In this document: one piece after another, positions 63,598 to 64,000 of the stretch
Layout: every line of letters begins with the position of its first letter
Position numbering within the stretch: the first letter of the stretch is position 1
Assembly (NCBI GenBank): GCA_016707895.1
Contig: JADJGV010000002.1
Coordinates: 335,695 to 399,694, forward strand
Source: Myxococcales bacterium
Lineage (GTDB): Bacteria > Myxococcota_A > Polyangia > Haliangiales > Haliangiaceae
Reading direction: 5' to 3'
Length of the DNA: 64,000 nt
Made by a program: the position numbers and the translations under genes
Notes under the pieces: generated by a model
Told to the model about the DNA's origin: nothing
What the model saw: the letters and a program-made list of their open reading frames with translations, nothing else
The model's database searches: none

Positions 63598-64000
63598 ATG
63601 CTGCGAGGGAGCGCGCTCGTCATCACGCTGGTCGCGGCCTGCGCGACCCCGCCCGGCACCGAGGCCACGTCGCGCGCGCCGCTGGGCGTGCGGCCCGCGG
63701 TGTCGGCAGCGACCTGGGCGGCGCTGGCCGCCGATCCGACGATCGCCGCGGTCGCGGATGACGTCGCGCTGGCGTGCGCCACCGCGCCGGCCGGCACCGA
63801 CGCAGCGGCCCCGCGCTGTGACGCCGTCATCATCGCGGCCGACGGCGCGCGGGCGCCGCTGGGCCGCGCCGATCTGCTGGTGGCGGCGCGGCTCGACGCG
63901 GGCCGGCTGGTGCTGGCGACCGCGGCCGGCGAGCTGCGCGTGCGTGTGGGCGGCGCCGAGCAGGTGGTGGCGCGGGACGCGCGCGATCCGCGGGTCGCGC
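63598..64000 (+). CDS. lipoprotein, N-terminal fragment (continues beyond window)
   Basis: ATG then MLRGSALVITLVAACATPPG (lipobox). Frame stays open to the window end. Confidence 0.35.
   Translation, partial: MLRGSALVITLVAACATPPGTEATSRAPLGVRPAVSAATWAALAADPTIAAVADDVALACATAPAGTDAAAPRCDAVIIAADGARAPLGRADLLVAARLDAGRLVLATAAGELRVRVGGAEQVVARDARDPRVA

Overview
This is a high-GC (~70-72%) bacterial chromosomal window. Its gene content (many lipoproteins, Ser/Thr kinase, FHA/AgmX-type protein, PilZ, ECF sigma factor, Sel1/TPR, RCC1 and vWA proteins) points to Myxococcota, which is an inference. At this GC most long ORFs in the six-frame track are antisense or off-frame artefacts. Genes were picked by protein plausibility, signal peptides or lipoboxes, conserved catalytic motifs and tight spacing. 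About 60 CDS are supported, including housekeeping genes (lspA, cdsA, uppS, pspA, uvrB, ADP-forming acetyl-CoA synthetase). No rRNA, tRNA or CRISPR array was recognised. Stand-out observations: (1) a candidate selenoprotein, an ArsC/Spx-family protein with an in-frame TGA at the first Cys of its CxxC motif and a hairpin ~15 nt downstream; (2) a 46-bp near-perfect direct repeat (1 mismatch) bracketing a ~6.9-kb segment that encodes a two-domain AAA+ ATPase translationally coupled to a CpXC zinc-ribbon protein directly upstream of a Ser/Thr kinase, and divergently a lipoprotein plus an 1195-aa protein with a C-terminal HExxH metallopeptidase-like motif, proposed here as an uncharacterised module; (3) an IS200/RayT-like HUH transposase next to a complex tandem-repeat array; (4) a 277-bp MITE-like element with 24-bp terminal inverted repeats; (5) a ~0.8-kb low-GC island encoding a Cys-rich secreted protein; (6) an ECF sigma factor followed by two tandem paralogous lipoproteins sharing an upstream TTTTCGGTCACA motif; (7) two apparent 1-bp frameshifts in adjacent Sel1-repeat and FHA/AgmX-type genes; (8) several coding and non-coding tandem repeats. 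Coordinates of hand-located features may be off by ±1-2 nt.
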